Counted from the first letter of the stretch, positions 46,327 to 56,684 are shown. The stretch is DNA of 57,080 bases from an uncultured Candidatus Bathyarchaeia archaeon (GCA_964562925.1 CAZLVF010000002.1:29181-86260), one strand, 5' to 3'. The notes: generated by a model not told the origin, from the sequence alone. A program made the numbers and translations.

Positions 46327-46461
46327 CATTGTCCAGAGCATTCGAAGCCCCAGTAGGCTCTCGGTCTGGAGGTTGTCTCAAGTGTCGAACGGAGTTCCTC
46401 TCGGGTGATCACCTCGTCGGCGTTGTGAACGACGAGGGACATCCTCTCCTCCAAGTCCATG
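46327..46461 (-). CDS. tyrS: Tyrosyl-tRNA synthetase N-terminal segment (44 codons ending in UGA), in a different frame from the body of tyrS
   Basis: Manual translation gives MDLEERMSLVVHNADEVITREELRSTLETTSRPRAYWGFECSGQ*. This aligns with the TyrRS N-terminus (...SAYIGFEPSGK), the tyrosine-binding GFEPSG region. Coordinates here may be off by 1 nt. Confidence 0.6.
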
Positions 46462-47081
46462 ATGTTCACATTGAATTGGAGATCGAAATCGGATGATCAA
46501 GAACTTAAGAGTTTGCTATCTTCGTCGAAAACCGAAGCGCAAAACTTCACTCAGGGATTCGGCTCTGTAGCCTACGACACTAACACCCAACCTCATTGAA
46601 AGTGGCGTCGCCACACTAGGATGGGCTCTCTCGGAGGTAGGCTTCTCTTGTACCGCCCATCTTCAAGATAACGGTGTGAGTCTGTCGAATTAACCGTTTT
46701 GGTTTCGTCATGTGTTAACGTCTGATTTGCCAGGGTTTGGCCGTGTAGGTTGCTAAGAGCTTCTCTAAGAGCTCTAAATCCGACCGGATAACCGGAAGGT
46801 GCCTCTTTTTATCGTGTTCCAGAGCGTCGGCGACGAAGTGGACCACGTTGCCAGGATTGACGAGTGCGAAGACAACCAGGCATACGACAAGATGACGAAG
46901 GCATTAGAAGATCCTGAAATTGTGAAGTTGAAGAGCAAATATCATTCCAAGTGGAACCCCCTAGTGGTTCCAGACTCCTTCAAACCAGAACTCTGGATCG
47001 TAAAGGTGAAAGTCGACTTGAAGAGACAAACTTAGAGGAAAAAGAGCCGTAGAAACAATGGTTGTAGTAACGTTCTTTCTA

Positions 47082-47315
47082 CTATGGGAGAAGGTATCCT
47101 GCTGGCCGGTTTGCTGGTAAGTAGTAGGGCACTTGGCAGTAATGGCCGGGCAAATAGTATAGTTGCGGAAAATATTGAACTGGTGCATAGTAGCGTGGAT
47201 AACGGGGCAAATAGTAAGGTGTATAGCCTCTTCCTGCGGCGTATCCAGCTGCGCCCCCGACTGCGCCTCCAGCTAAGGCTCCGACAGCTAACCCCAATAG
47301 TAGTTCAAGAACCAT
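47082..47315 (-). CDS. Small protein with an N-terminal Gly-zipper TM segment and Tyr/Pro-rich 'YYLP' repeats
   Basis: 77 aa (MVLELLLGLAVGALAGGAVGGAAGYAAG...PYYLPRYPRYYAPVQYFPQLYYLPGHYCQVPYYLPANRPAGYLLP). GAGG-type SD-like motifs lie upstream. The DNA is internally repetitive, and an ORF of similar length overlaps on the opposite strand. Confidence 0.3.
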   Translation of the reverse strand: MVLELLLGLAVGALAGGAVGGAAGYAAGRGYTPYYLPRYPRYYAPVQYFPQLYYLPGHYCQVPYYLPANRPAGYLLP

Positions 47316-47762
47316 GCCTCAAACCCTCAATTAGAAATCTGCGAAGTCAGCATATACACGTTCTGTAACCTCGCTGGCTTGCTCTGCGTGACTGCATCCA
47401 CAACCAAAGAGCAACAGAAGCCTTGTCCCACTTTAGATATCTTATCACCAATAGGCAAAGCAGTATCAGAGAAATCACGAAAATGATTGCCAAAGCATTG
47501 TACGAGTAGCTCGGAAAACTTCTGATCTCATTCCTTGTCTGTCGTATTTGTGACATACACATTCGATTCATTCGTTCTAGAAAAACCCTCTACAGGCGAG
47601 TTTCGTGTTGTTTAATGTGTGGGGATTCCGGCGTTGGAGGATGCATACCCGTTTAGAAACCGTTTGATAGCGTTTCTGATGGCAAAACTTAGACCGTAAG
47701 ACTTCGTTTCCTGGAACTCTAGAAGCCTCTTGTAATCCTCCTAGTGGAGCCACACCGTAACC

Positions 47763-49475
47763 TTACGCAATTAACCTTTGCACCTTTGTCTTTGTCGCCT
47801 GCAGGGTTTCTAGATCAGCCTCGAAAGCGGAGACGGGAACCTCGAGTTTCCACGACTCGAGGACTGATGGATGTAACTCGCCGATCACGCCCGTGTCTGT
47901 TCCTCTGAGGATGACCTTGCCAACTCTTCCCTCGATGAAGCTCGGATGGCTTGTTTCTTCAATCTCAGCTTCAAGTCCAAGGTTTGATGCGAATGACTTT
48001 AGGACAGACGCGATCCGAGAGAAACTAGTATTCGGGTCGGCCTCGACGCATGCAAGCTTAACGCGATCCACAGCATAGTTCTCAAGTTTCCGGTTCGGTT
48101 CAACACAACAGCCAACCTCAAAGATCCTCTGAGGATACTCCACATGTGTGTTAAAGCTTAAGAACTCCATGAGACTGGGAAGTAGCCAATTTCTCACGCA
48201 GGTGTGCGTGATCATCCTAGGGTTTGATAGCTCTACAACACCCTTCGCCGGCATATTCATCTTTGTGAAGATCTTCTCAGGGTTGCTTAGGTCGTACGTC
48301 AACACTTCTTGGAATCCAAATCCTATCATCAGCTCTCTAACCAGGCTGGAGAGTTCGGTCTGCTCAGATACGCCTCCCACCGTAGCCTCCTCAGGCCACA
48401 TGGGCTTGATCTTGTTGTAATCGTATGCGATCGCAACATCTTCAACTACGTCTACCGGATGCATTATGTCAAGGCGGTAGCATGGGATCGCTACGTTTAG
48501 CTTATCTTCATCCGCTGAAGTCGCGCAGTAACGCGCCCTTTCAAGCAACTCTATGACCTGACTCTTAGGCAGGTCTATGCCAAGAACCTCGCGAAGATAG
48601 TTCATAGACAAAGAGATCTTGCCGGGTTTCATAATAGGAGTTATGACGGTTCTCTTTTCTCCGTATGGGTAGTTCACGAGGCTTGAGTGGACGGTGCCAC
48701 CTCTGTCAGCTAGAGATGTAACTAGAACAGTCAGCGTCTCAGTAACTGTTTCCTCGACTGTTCCTGTGATTTCTATGAGGACGTTTCTTGTCTCGCTTGT
48801 AATCTTTCCGAGATCGTTCGAGTTGATGATCGGGGGGAAAGATAGGACCTTGTGACGTGAGTCCATTAAGATCGGCCATAGATGATGCTTCTGAACTATG
48901 TGGCCGTACTCTTGGCCTTTCGGATGTTCCTCGAGTATCTCGTCCAATGTCATCTCTTTGTCGAATCCTAGAGGAGTGAATGAGACCTCGTTTGGTTTCG
49001 AAACGCTGTAGCGAAGTGGTGGGGTGATCAGGTCGAAGTCGTACAGACCTATCGAGGTTCTTCTCCTTCTTCGACCGTAAGTTTGATCCAGTTTATCTTG
49101 AAGATGCATCATTCCTCTGATGATTGTATCATTCAATTGGACGTTCTTTACGACGGCGCATGCTATGAATGGGCGGATGTTCTCCAAGCGTTTATCCACG
49201 TTGACCGCTACGCCTGAAGGAGAGGCTGGGCTGTAACTCTTGAGGCCATTCTCGATTCCCAGATGACCTCTTAAGGCTCTTGCGATTCCTTCTGTACTCC
49301 AAATGTCAGGGTGGTTGCTGTCTTTTATCTCGATACTCAGGTTATCGCCGAGAAACTGTTTCACTTCACCTTTCACATAGGCGAGGAGCTCGTTTAGCTC
49401 ATCAACCGGTCTCGGTAGGTTTCTTCCCACAAGGGATTGGAGGTCTAAAAAGTCTGTTTCTATCGTTGGCATCAC
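47763..49475 (-). CDS. pheT: Phenylalanyl-tRNA synthetase beta subunit (archaeal type)
   Basis: 570 aa with archaeal PheT architecture (B3/4 and B5 domains). It follows pheS with a 4-nt overlap. Confidence 0.9.
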   Translation of the reverse strand: MMPTIETDFLDLQSLVGRNLPRPVDELNELLAYVKGEVKQFLGDNLSIEIKDSNHPDIWSTEGIARALRGHLGIENGLKSYSPASPSGVAVNVDKRLENIRPFIACAVVKNVQLNDTIIRGMMHLQDKLDQTYGRRRRRTSIGLYDFDLITPPLRYSVSKPNEVSFTPLGFDKEMTLDEILEEHPKGQEYGHIVQKHHLWPILMDSRHKVLSFPPIINSNDLGKITSETRNVLIEITGTVEETVTETLTVLVTSLADRGGTVHSSLVNYPYGEKRTVITPIMKPGKISLSMNYLREVLGIDLPKSQVIELLERARYCATSADEDKLNVAIPCYRLDIMHPVDVVEDVAIAYDYNKIKPMWPEEATVGGVSEQTELSSLVRELMIGFGFQEVLTYDLSNPEKIFTKMNMPAKGVVELSNPRMITHTCVRNWLLPSLMEFLSFNTHVEYPQRIFEVGCCVEPNRKLENYAVDRVKLACVEADPNTSFSRIASVLKSFASNLGLEAEIEETSHPSFIEGRVGKVILRGTDTGVIGELHPSVLESWKLEVPVSAFEADLETLQATKTKVQRLIA

Positions 49476-50989
49476 TTTACCTCCTTTCGTCGTATCCAGT
49501 CCAGGTCTTGTGTGAAGAGGTCACGTATGTCATCGATCTGGTTCTTCATCATGTAGAGTCTGTCAACGCCTAGGCCCCAAGCCAGAACCGGAACCTTGAC
49601 TCCCAGTGGAAGTGTCAGTTCTGGTCTGAAGATTCCTGATCCGCCAAACTCCAGCCAGCCGTAGCCTTCTTTGTAAGCGGACAGTTCAACGCTAGGTTCT
49701 GTGAAGGGAAAATAGTCGGGTCGGAACCTGACCTTGTCTGCTCCAGCGAGCTCGATTGCAAACCTCTCGAGTACGCCAAGAAGGTTGCGTAGAGTCAGGT
49801 TTTCACCGACGACTATCCCCTCAACCTGGTTGAATTCTGTCAGGTGAGTCTTATCCGTCACTTCCGGTCTGAAGCATCGTGCGATTGAAAAATACTTGCC
49901 TGGCACCCGGAGATTCTTGCTTATCAGAGTTCTCGCACTTATGGAGGTTCCATGGCTTCTGAGGATGAGACGTGCAGACTCCTTTTTTGAGAACTTATAC
50001 TTCCAACCTGAAGAACCCGTCTTCCAACCATTCTCATGCGCTTCTCCCACGTTCTCCAGATACTCCCGGTACGCGTCCAAGTTTCCATGCTGCGGGTCTT
50101 TGACGAAGTAAATGTCATGAATCTCTCGGGCAGGGTGGTCTTGAGGCATGAAGAGGCTGTCACAGTTGAAGAACATCATCTCAACGATCGGGCCTATCAT
50201 CTCTTGGAAGCCTAAACCGACGAGTCTCGAGCGAAGTTCGTCGAGAAACCTGTTGTAGGGCTGTCTCTTTCCAGGCCAAACCTCTGCAGCCGCAGCCGTT
50301 ATATTATACCTTCTCAGTCTTGTCTCTCGCCACTTCCCGCTTGTTATCAATTGAGGCGTTAGAACGCTGACCTCGGATACAACTTGAACTCCCTTCTTGA
50401 TGCTCTTCCAACCCTCAGCGGTCAGCTCAACCCATCTATCGTTTCTTCTAGTTTCCTCTACAAGTTTTCTCCTTTTGAGCTCGGCTACGGTGGTCTTCTC
50501 TTCTTGCGATAGACTTTCTGCGACTAACTCTTTCTTTTCTCGTAACAGACGCAACAATAGATTTGCTTGAGATTCGACGGGTTTTCTTTCAACTTCGAGA
50601 TATAGCTCCTTTTCGCGTTTTACGATCTTCCCAAGGTTTTTCCGTTGAGCCCATCCAATGATTATGGGAATCATAGCCTTTGGTATGCTCAATTTCCGAG
50701 ATGCTTCTGGAATTGACACTCTTCCTTCAGTATCAAAAGAGAGATTTGCGATCCTCTCCTCTGGGAGGCCCAGTTCCGCGTAGGTCGCGCCCTCCTTCGA
50801 CAGCTTCAAAACGTGAACGGTTCTCTCCTTGAGTCTTAAGAGAGTTCGTTCTGATAGTGACAGTATTGCCTTTGTAATCGCTGATTCGTCGAGTTCAGTT
50901 GATTTGACGAGTTCATCCACCTTTCGGCCTCCCTTAAGCCTCTGCAATGTAAGCAGCACTTTCGCCTCGCTCTCTCTGAATTCAGCCAA
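49472..50989 (-). CDS. pheS: Phenylalanyl-tRNA synthetase alpha subunit
   Basis: 505 aa. The C-terminal half carries class II aaRS motifs 2 and 3 (FRPDYFPFTEPS, GWGLGVDRL). Confidence 0.9.
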   Translation of the reverse strand: MAEFRESEAKVLLTLQRLKGGRKVDELVKSTELDESAITKAILSLSERTLLRLKERTVHVLKLSKEGATYAELGLPEERIANLSFDTEGRVSIPEASRKLSIPKAMIPIIIGWAQRKNLGKIVKREKELYLEVERKPVESQANLLLRLLREKKELVAESLSQEEKTTVAELKRRKLVEETRRNDRWVELTAEGWKSIKKGVQVVSEVSVLTPQLITSGKWRETRLRRYNITAAAAEVWPGKRQPYNRFLDELRSRLVGLGFQEMIGPIVEMMFFNCDSLFMPQDHPAREIHDIYFVKDPQHGNLDAYREYLENVGEAHENGWKTGSSGWKYKFSKKESARLILRSHGTSISARTLISKNLRVPGKYFSIARCFRPEVTDKTHLTEFNQVEGIVVGENLTLRNLLGVLERFAIELAGADKVRFRPDYFPFTEPSVELSAYKEGYGWLEFGGSGIFRPELTLPLGVKVPVLAWGLGVDRLYMMKNQIDDIRDLFTQDLDWIRRKEVK

Positions 50990-51280
50990 AGGTACCGCCG
51001 CACTTCACCCTAGAGGGCTATGCCTACTGGCCTGCCTTATTTAATCAAAATTATGTTTTGGATGCTGATCAAAAGTCTAATCGAACCTGTGCAGATTGTG
51101 ATACCTAGCGGCCTGTGAGTAGAGGTGGAGGGAACCCAGAAGATTTGGTCAAACTCGGACGGAAGATGCACTGATCGCGCTTGTTACTCCAAGCGCTTTT
51201 AAGTTCGAGCATAAAGTATCTTAGATCTGGAGTCGAACCAACCTGTGGCCGAACTGGCCTAGTACCGGGTCAGATGGCAG

Positions 51281-51943
51281 TTGCCCGCAAGAAGCTGGAT
51301 CAAGGACCCGTTCTCATTACTCTTTAAGAGACGTAAGATACCGAAAGATCTTCGTGAGCTGATCGATGCGATATGTATCATAGATGCTGCACGATCGGGG
51401 CGTTTCAAGAGACTGCGTGAACTGAGAAAATATGTTGACCGTAGCGATCTGACAAAGGGCACGGGTTTCACTTGGAAATCGGTTCGAGGAGACATTAGCA
51501 CTATCCTCGATCTTCCGAGGAAGGATGCTACCATCGCACGTTACGCTAGTCTAATTCCTGCGATCACTATTCTGATAATCTTAGGGTTTCTATCCATGGT
51601 CATAATGTTCACGCTCAAGATCTACAACCTGTATGTGAGATTCGATCTTCCCAACTCGGTTCTTGTAGCTCTCTTCGTAACCGGAGGTTTGCTTGTCGCC
51701 AGATGGTATATGGAGGAAAAGATAGGTGAGTTCTATGACAAGAACCCGACGAAAAGTCAGAGGCTGGGACGATTTAACCAGGTTCTGATAGACCATCTCA
51801 TAGAAAAGTTGTCACGTAGCAAGACATCGACTGATTTTCAGATGAGGTTCTTCAACACGGATTACAAGGGAATTACTGTGCTGAAAGGTCCTGGTTTCTT
51901 TAGAGACTGGTACGTTGTCAAAATTCAATCGAAAAAAATCTAG
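51281..51943 (+). CDS. Hypothetical membrane protein (2 TM)
   Basis: 220 aa from the ORF track. There is a central hydrophobic hairpin and no motif. Confidence 0.35.
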   Translation: MPARSWIKDPFSLLFKRRKIPKDLRELIDAICIIDAARSGRFKRLRELRKYVDRSDLTKGTGFTWKSVRGDISTILDLPRKDATIARYASLIPAITILIILGFLSMVIMFTLKIYNLYVRFDLPNSVLVALFVTGGLLVARWYMEEKIGEFYDKNPTKSQRLGRFNQVLIDHLIEKLSRSKTSTDFQMRFFNTDYKGITVLKGPGFFRDWYVVKIQSKKI

Positions 51944-51955
51944 CCGGGGCGGTTG

Positions 51956-52768
51956 CTAGACCTCTTTTTGCTCGTAGCCTTTTAGTCCTCCCTCGGTCAG
52001 GTCGCGGCTTACCTCTTCTATGGCGTCTCGGTACCATTTTCTGCTTGGGCCGACTTTCCCTCTCATCTTCCAACCCATCGATTTAGGCTGATTCTCAATC
52101 TTCTCTAGGAGCGAATTGATCTTCCCCGCGATGTTTGTTTTGTCCTCTTCTGAGAGCGCCTTGTAGCCGGGTAGAAACTCGTCCTTTACCCTCTTTAGAT
52201 TCGTCGTGGCTGTGTAATAGAATCCCCAATCTTCGGAAAGCAACTTGACAATTCGATCTGCATTGATCGTCTCCTTATCAGAACTTCCAATCTCATGTTC
52301 TCTGATAAGCATTATACTGTCGATTATGTCCTTCTCATTTATCTTAACTATCTGGAGTTTCTCCAAGAGAAGCTCGGCTAGTGGAAGAGTCGGATAGTCC
52401 GCTTCCAATCTTCCTTGGAAGGGAATGTCATGGCAGAACTCCAGCTTGTCGAAGAAAATATCACTGTGCAAACTTTCATCCTTCGGATCCATGAAGATTA
52501 GGCGGAAAACAACCGCCATTAAATACGCCGCCGGCTCCCTCCATCCGAAACTCTTAACAAAGAGCTCTCGGATCAGCTTCCATTGTTTTCGATACGCAAC
52601 AAAGTCGATATCGGTCAACTTTCGTCCGAGAGCTTCCTGATACTTAGGACAGTGAATAGCGAAGGCGGTGGCCCCAAGAACCCTCATTGTGAGGCCTTTC
52701 TCTTGAGCCTTGGCGACTATGTCGACAGCCTTGTCGATCATCTCCCTCGTGCGGGATTGCAATGCCAC
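51956..52768 (-). CDS. Putative nucleotidyltransferase-fold protein
   Basis: 270 aa. A GS-like motif is followed by DxD (LGATAFAIHC...LTDIDFVAY). Confidence 0.35.
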   Translation of the reverse strand: MALQSRTREMIDKAVDIVAKAQEKGLTMRVLGATAFAIHCPKYQEALGRKLTDIDFVAYRKQWKLIRELFVKSFGWREPAAYLMAVVFRLIFMDPKDESLHSDIFFDKLEFCHDIPFQGRLEADYPTLPLAELLLEKLQIVKINEKDIIDSIMLIREHEIGSSDKETINADRIVKLLSEDWGFYYTATTNLKRVKDEFLPGYKALSEEDKTNIAGKINSLLEKIENQPKSMGWKMRGKVGPSRKWYRDAIEEVSRDLTEGGLKGYEQKEV

Positions 52769-53093
52769 CTGACCTCATCGGCAGACGCAGTCGCTTCTCC
52801 CTACTTATAATCATTGCTAGCTATAGAGTTCAGCGTCAACTGTCAAGCAGAGCTTGCATCTGGTCTCCATTTGTCCAGATGCAGAACGTCCACTTAAGAC
52901 TACGAGCCAAAAGAAAGGGGCGAGATAGGTTAGCTGCAGATCTGCTAAGGGCCAAGGAATACTGCAACTATGGCATAGAATACTACGAGCATGGCTACGA
53001 AGATTATTAGCGACCAATGGAACCAATTCATTCTTCATCACTTCTTGTCATTTTGATTCGGGATCTTTCAGAAAAATTGGGGGTTAGGACGAC

Positions 53094-54749
53094 CTAGGCA
53101 GGTGGAATCGCCTTAAAGGTGTCCATCAGGTCGAACCCTTCTTTCTTGAGCCTATAGAGCCTAGAGCCGTGGAATATCACGAAACCTATGATGATCAGCC
53201 CAGCCATATAGTAGAGCATTGCAGGAGTTACCATTAGCGCTCCGGCCGTTGGCGGCAGGAACACCCAGATTCCCAGCAGGTTCCACAGCATGAGTATCAA
53301 CGTCATTACGCCGATGATCTCCAACGAGTACCACTTTTTGATCCACCACGGTGCAGCATCGTACAGCGGCCTGTTCCTCCAGCGTAGGACTATCGTGCAC
53401 GCAGAGGCCAGTAGCCAAACCAAGCACGCCGAGTAGATGAACGCCATTGGAAACGCAACGACCATAGCTTGCATGTATACGCCGACGAAGCTGATCAAGA
53501 GCATGACGGTCATAGCGCCTACCGGGCTTCTCAACGTTGGATGGAGATATGCGATCTTCTCTGGCAGTATCCGGTCGAAAGCCATCGCAAAGAAAAGTCT
53601 GCTCGAATAGAACCAGTAGCATGCCGGCAACGCAATCTCCAAAAGCAGTTCATTGACGTTTATGAATATGGCCTGCCAAGCGATTATGTCCCTAGACCAG
53701 CCCAAACCCTTCATTCCAGCCAATGCATACAAGGCTGGCCATGCTCCAACGAGCATTCCGCCAGGCCCAGTTCCCACTCCACCTATCACGACCGTTGAGG
53801 AGAGGTATGCCTGCGCCGCAACCCATTCAATCGATGTTAGATAGTTCATCGCCCAAACTTCAGCGCCGAACCAGAAGTTCGTATTAAAGATCGTTCCCCA
53901 AGCCGCTATGATCAGCGACTTCTCTACCTCTTTCACTTCGCCCGAGAATATCACCGGTATGTGCCAGCCATAGTAGATCCAGAACGTAGCGAGGCCCGCA
54001 CCTACAAATGTCTCTAACAGAATGTCTTGGTACGTCGTGAAGTAGACCATTCCCGACTCTACTGCCGCGGGAACGACCATCTCATAGTTTCCTGCGCCCA
54101 TAATGGCGTTCCAGCCAGCCTGCCACTGGGCGGGCGTACTGAGCGCCAGGGGAACCATTATGAAGACGTACATGAGGTTGCCCAGTATCAGTGTCACGTT
54201 CATGTAGTTGACAACCACCTTTGTAGGCATTATCATCAACGCGAACAGGCCGAATGCCGTTATCAGGCCCACCGTCCAGTACCCAGGGGCGCTTACGAAC
54301 CACGTTGCCAGATCTAGCCAATCAGGTCTGTTGTAGAGCCTTCCGAGCGCTTGGAACATACTTTGGAACCACCACGAGTTCATGCCGCACTCGGTTCCCG
54401 ATACGATAGCGCTGTAGAGCACATAGACGAAGCTCAACGCGAATGAAAGGTCAGGCCTCCAGATTCGAGAGTTGAAGACGTAATCGGCTCCTGCTCTCGG
54501 CATCAAGGTTCCAATCTGAGCGTAGTTAGTACCTTGAATCGCGCACCAGATACCTCCAATCAACAGAACCCAGTATGCGTTGACGCCTGGAAAGAGCGCG
54601 GGAATCCAGCTCAGCGTTATCGTTCCGCTATATGACAAACTCGTGTTATGAACCCCGAATGCGAGTGCAGAAAAGGGTCCGATGACTCTGACAAGTCCTG
54701 AGGCTCTCCTTGCAAACAGCTTCTTTTCTCCAGTTGCTTCAACAGCCAT
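53094..54749 (-). CDS. APC-superfamily (amino acid/polyamine permease-like) transporter, about 12 or more TM
   Basis: 551 aa, highly hydrophobic with many predicted helices. The N-terminal region (FSALAFGVHNTSLSYSGTITLSW) is typical of APC-fold permeases. Confidence 0.6.
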   Translation of the reverse strand: MAVEATGEKKLFARRASGLVRVIGPFSALAFGVHNTSLSYSGTITLSWIPALFPGVNAYWVLLIGGIWCAIQGTNYAQIGTLMPRAGADYVFNSRIWRPDLSFALSFVYVLYSAIVSGTECGMNSWWFQSMFQALGRLYNRPDWLDLATWFVSAPGYWTVGLITAFGLFALMIMPTKVVVNYMNVTLILGNLMYVFIMVPLALSTPAQWQAGWNAIMGAGNYEMVVPAAVESGMVYFTTYQDILLETFVGAGLATFWIYYGWHIPVIFSGEVKEVEKSLIIAAWGTIFNTNFWFGAEVWAMNYLTSIEWVAAQAYLSSTVVIGGVGTGPGGMLVGAWPALYALAGMKGLGWSRDIIAWQAIFINVNELLLEIALPACYWFYSSRLFFAMAFDRILPEKIAYLHPTLRSPVGAMTVMLLISFVGVYMQAMVVAFPMAFIYSACLVWLLASACTIVLRWRNRPLYDAAPWWIKKWYSLEIIGVMTLILMLWNLLGIWVFLPPTAGALMVTPAMLYYMAGLIIIGFVIFHGSRLYRLKKEGFDLMDTFKAIPPA

Positions 54750-55029
54750 AACTTTCCACCGAACTTTTCAATCCAGAAGTTGCTGTTGGAAATGTATTTA
54801 TGACTTGCGGAAGGTGCCTCGCTCGTTTCACTGCGAGGGCAACCTTTAAAAACTATAGCACCGCGCAGCAATAGTGGTGGCCTACATGACAGGTGGACAA
54901 AAGGGAGGTATCGTGGCGGTTATCATCATCTACATATTGGCTTTCGCTGCATACGCGCTCCTCGGACCGAGGGGTTTCCCCTAGGCCGGCCAAAGAACAA
55001 CCTCTTTTTTATCTGGTCTAGACAGCTCT

Positions 55030-55554
55030 GTGAAGGATTTGCAGCTTTCAAAATTTGCTGCCTACGATATCGAGACTCAGTACCCAAGCGAGTGGGAAGT
55101 GAGACTTAAGCAGGGTTCTAAGAAGCATGATGGAAGTGTGATCTTCTGTCCATCAAAAACGCCTCGATGCATCTACATAGGATGGGGAGAGCTAGAGAAG
55201 GCAAGATCGAGGTTTCCCACTTACCGAGAACAGGCCGAGGATAGCCTCAAGAGAATGAAAAAGGAAAAGAAGCACAGTCGCATGGGCGTAAAGTTGCTCG
55301 ATCAGAGAAACGTCAAGGTCAACGGCCATGAAGCCTTTGAGAATCATGTAAGAGCCGTAACCGGCGATTATCATATGATACTCCCATTCTTCGCCGGCGG
55401 CGTCGAACATGAGGTTCGATCGGTCTTTCTCCATTGTGAAGACTCGGGCAGATTCTTTGTGCTGGTTGCTGACGGCCCGCCAGAAGATGCCGGAGAGCTG
55501 AATAGTACATTTCAGCAAGTTCTCCAATCGTTAAAGTGTCATCGTGAAACTTAG
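55030..55554 (+). CDS. Hypothetical protein
   Basis: 174 aa from the ORF track only. Confidence 0.3.
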   Translation: MKDLQLSKFAAYDIETQYPSEWEVRLKQGSKKHDGSVIFCPSKTPRCIYIGWGELEKARSRFPTYREQAEDSLKRMKKEKKHSRMGVKLLDQRNVKVNGHEAFENHVRAVTGDYHMILPFFAGGVEHEVRSVFLHCEDSGRFFVLVADGPPEDAGELNSTFQQVLQSLKCHRET

Positions 55555-55623
55555 ATTTGGGGCATATGCCCGCTCGAAAGCCATTTAAGCTCGCCGATAA
55601 AGCTGTATGACCGGTAGTTTACT

Positions 55624-56589
55624 ATGGCGATGACGAGAATGATCTTCGCCTCCGACGTCCATGGGTCGGATATCTGTTTTAGAAAACTCATTACAGCCTG
55701 CACCATGTACAAGGTCGATGTTGCTCTCGTCAGCGAGTTAACTGGCAAGTTCATAGTTCCAATCGTGAAGCACCCGGACGGAACTCAGGAAGCTATTCTA
55801 CCCGATACAACGGCCAAGATAAAATCCGACGCCGACTTGAAGAAGGTCGAAGACAACGCGAAGGCTGTTGGAATGTACACTTTCTACACGACCCTCGAAC
55901 AATACGAGAGTTACAAGGAAAAGGGCGGCTACAAGGACACCGAAGAAGTGAACAAAATATTTCATGAGAAGATTCGAGAGAGAGTTACCGAATGGGCTAA
56001 GCTTGCAGAAGAGAAGCTTGGAAACACAAACATCAAGTTCTTCATGATGCCTGGAAACGACGATTACTTCTATGTCGACGATATCATTAACAACTCATCA
56101 TACGTTAAGAATCTGGAAGGTGAAGTATTCGATATAGACGATACCCATCAATTGGGAGGAACAGGATACTCGAATATGACGCCTTGGAAGTGTCCAAGAG
56201 ACATTACTGAAGAGGAGCTTGCGAAAAAGCTAGAGAGCATCGCTAGTCAAGTCCGAGATATGAAGAACTTCATTCTTCACACTCACCCGCCTCCATATGA
56301 TACAAAACTGGACTCTGCACCGCAGCTCGACGAGAACCTGAAGATAGTCTACAAAGGAGGAGGCACTATGCTTGCTCCAGTGGGCAGCAAGGCTGTAAGG
56401 ACATTTATCGAAAAGTATCAGCCTTTGCTAGGCCTACATGGACATATCCATGAATGTAAGGGGGTTGATAAGATAGGTAAGACGCCGATAATTAACCCTG
56501 GAAGCGAGTACATAACTGGAACGTTAAGCGCTCTTCTTGTCAACATCGACGAAAAGGGAGTAAAAGGTCATAGGTTCATAATGGGGTAG
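55624..56589 (+). CDS. Calcineurin-like metallophosphoesterase
   Basis: 321 aa. Motifs DVHGS, GNDDY, GHIHE and the ILHTHPP region are present. Confidence 0.75.
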   Translation: MAMTRMIFASDVHGSDICFRKLITACTMYKVDVALVSELTGKFIVPIVKHPDGTQEAILPDTTAKIKSDADLKKVEDNAKAVGMYTFYTTLEQYESYKEKGGYKDTEEVNKIFHEKIRERVTEWAKLAEEKLGNTNIKFFMMPGNDDYFYVDDIINNSSYVKNLEGEVFDIDDTHQLGGTGYSNMTPWKCPRDITEEELAKKLESIASQVRDMKNFILHTHPPPYDTKLDSAPQLDENLKIVYKGGGTMLAPVGSKAVRTFIEKYQPLLGLHGHIHECKGVDKIGKTPIINPGSEYITGTLSALLVNIDEKGVKGHRFIMG

Positions 56590-56684
56590 AGACACTCACA
56601 CACTGGAACCTTTCCTCAAGCTAGCTCTAGGAACTTTTGCTTGCAGATCTGTAGGGCTCGCCTGCATGTGTCTAGTGGGGATCA

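Noticed and set aside
46326-46328. Selenocysteine (or other UGA recoding) at the in-frame UGA in tyrS
   Set aside because: The body of the gene is in a different (+1) reading frame from the N-terminal segment, so simple read-through cannot join them. No SECIS-like 3' element was noticed, and TyrRS has no Sec site. UGA is a normal stop elsewhere in the window.
51221-51300. Possible tRNA suggested by the GGAGTCGAACC T-arm-like string
   Set aside because: No matching acceptor-stem complement, D-arm or anticodon arm could be built on either strand. The region is the 5' end of the 51281..51943 ORF.
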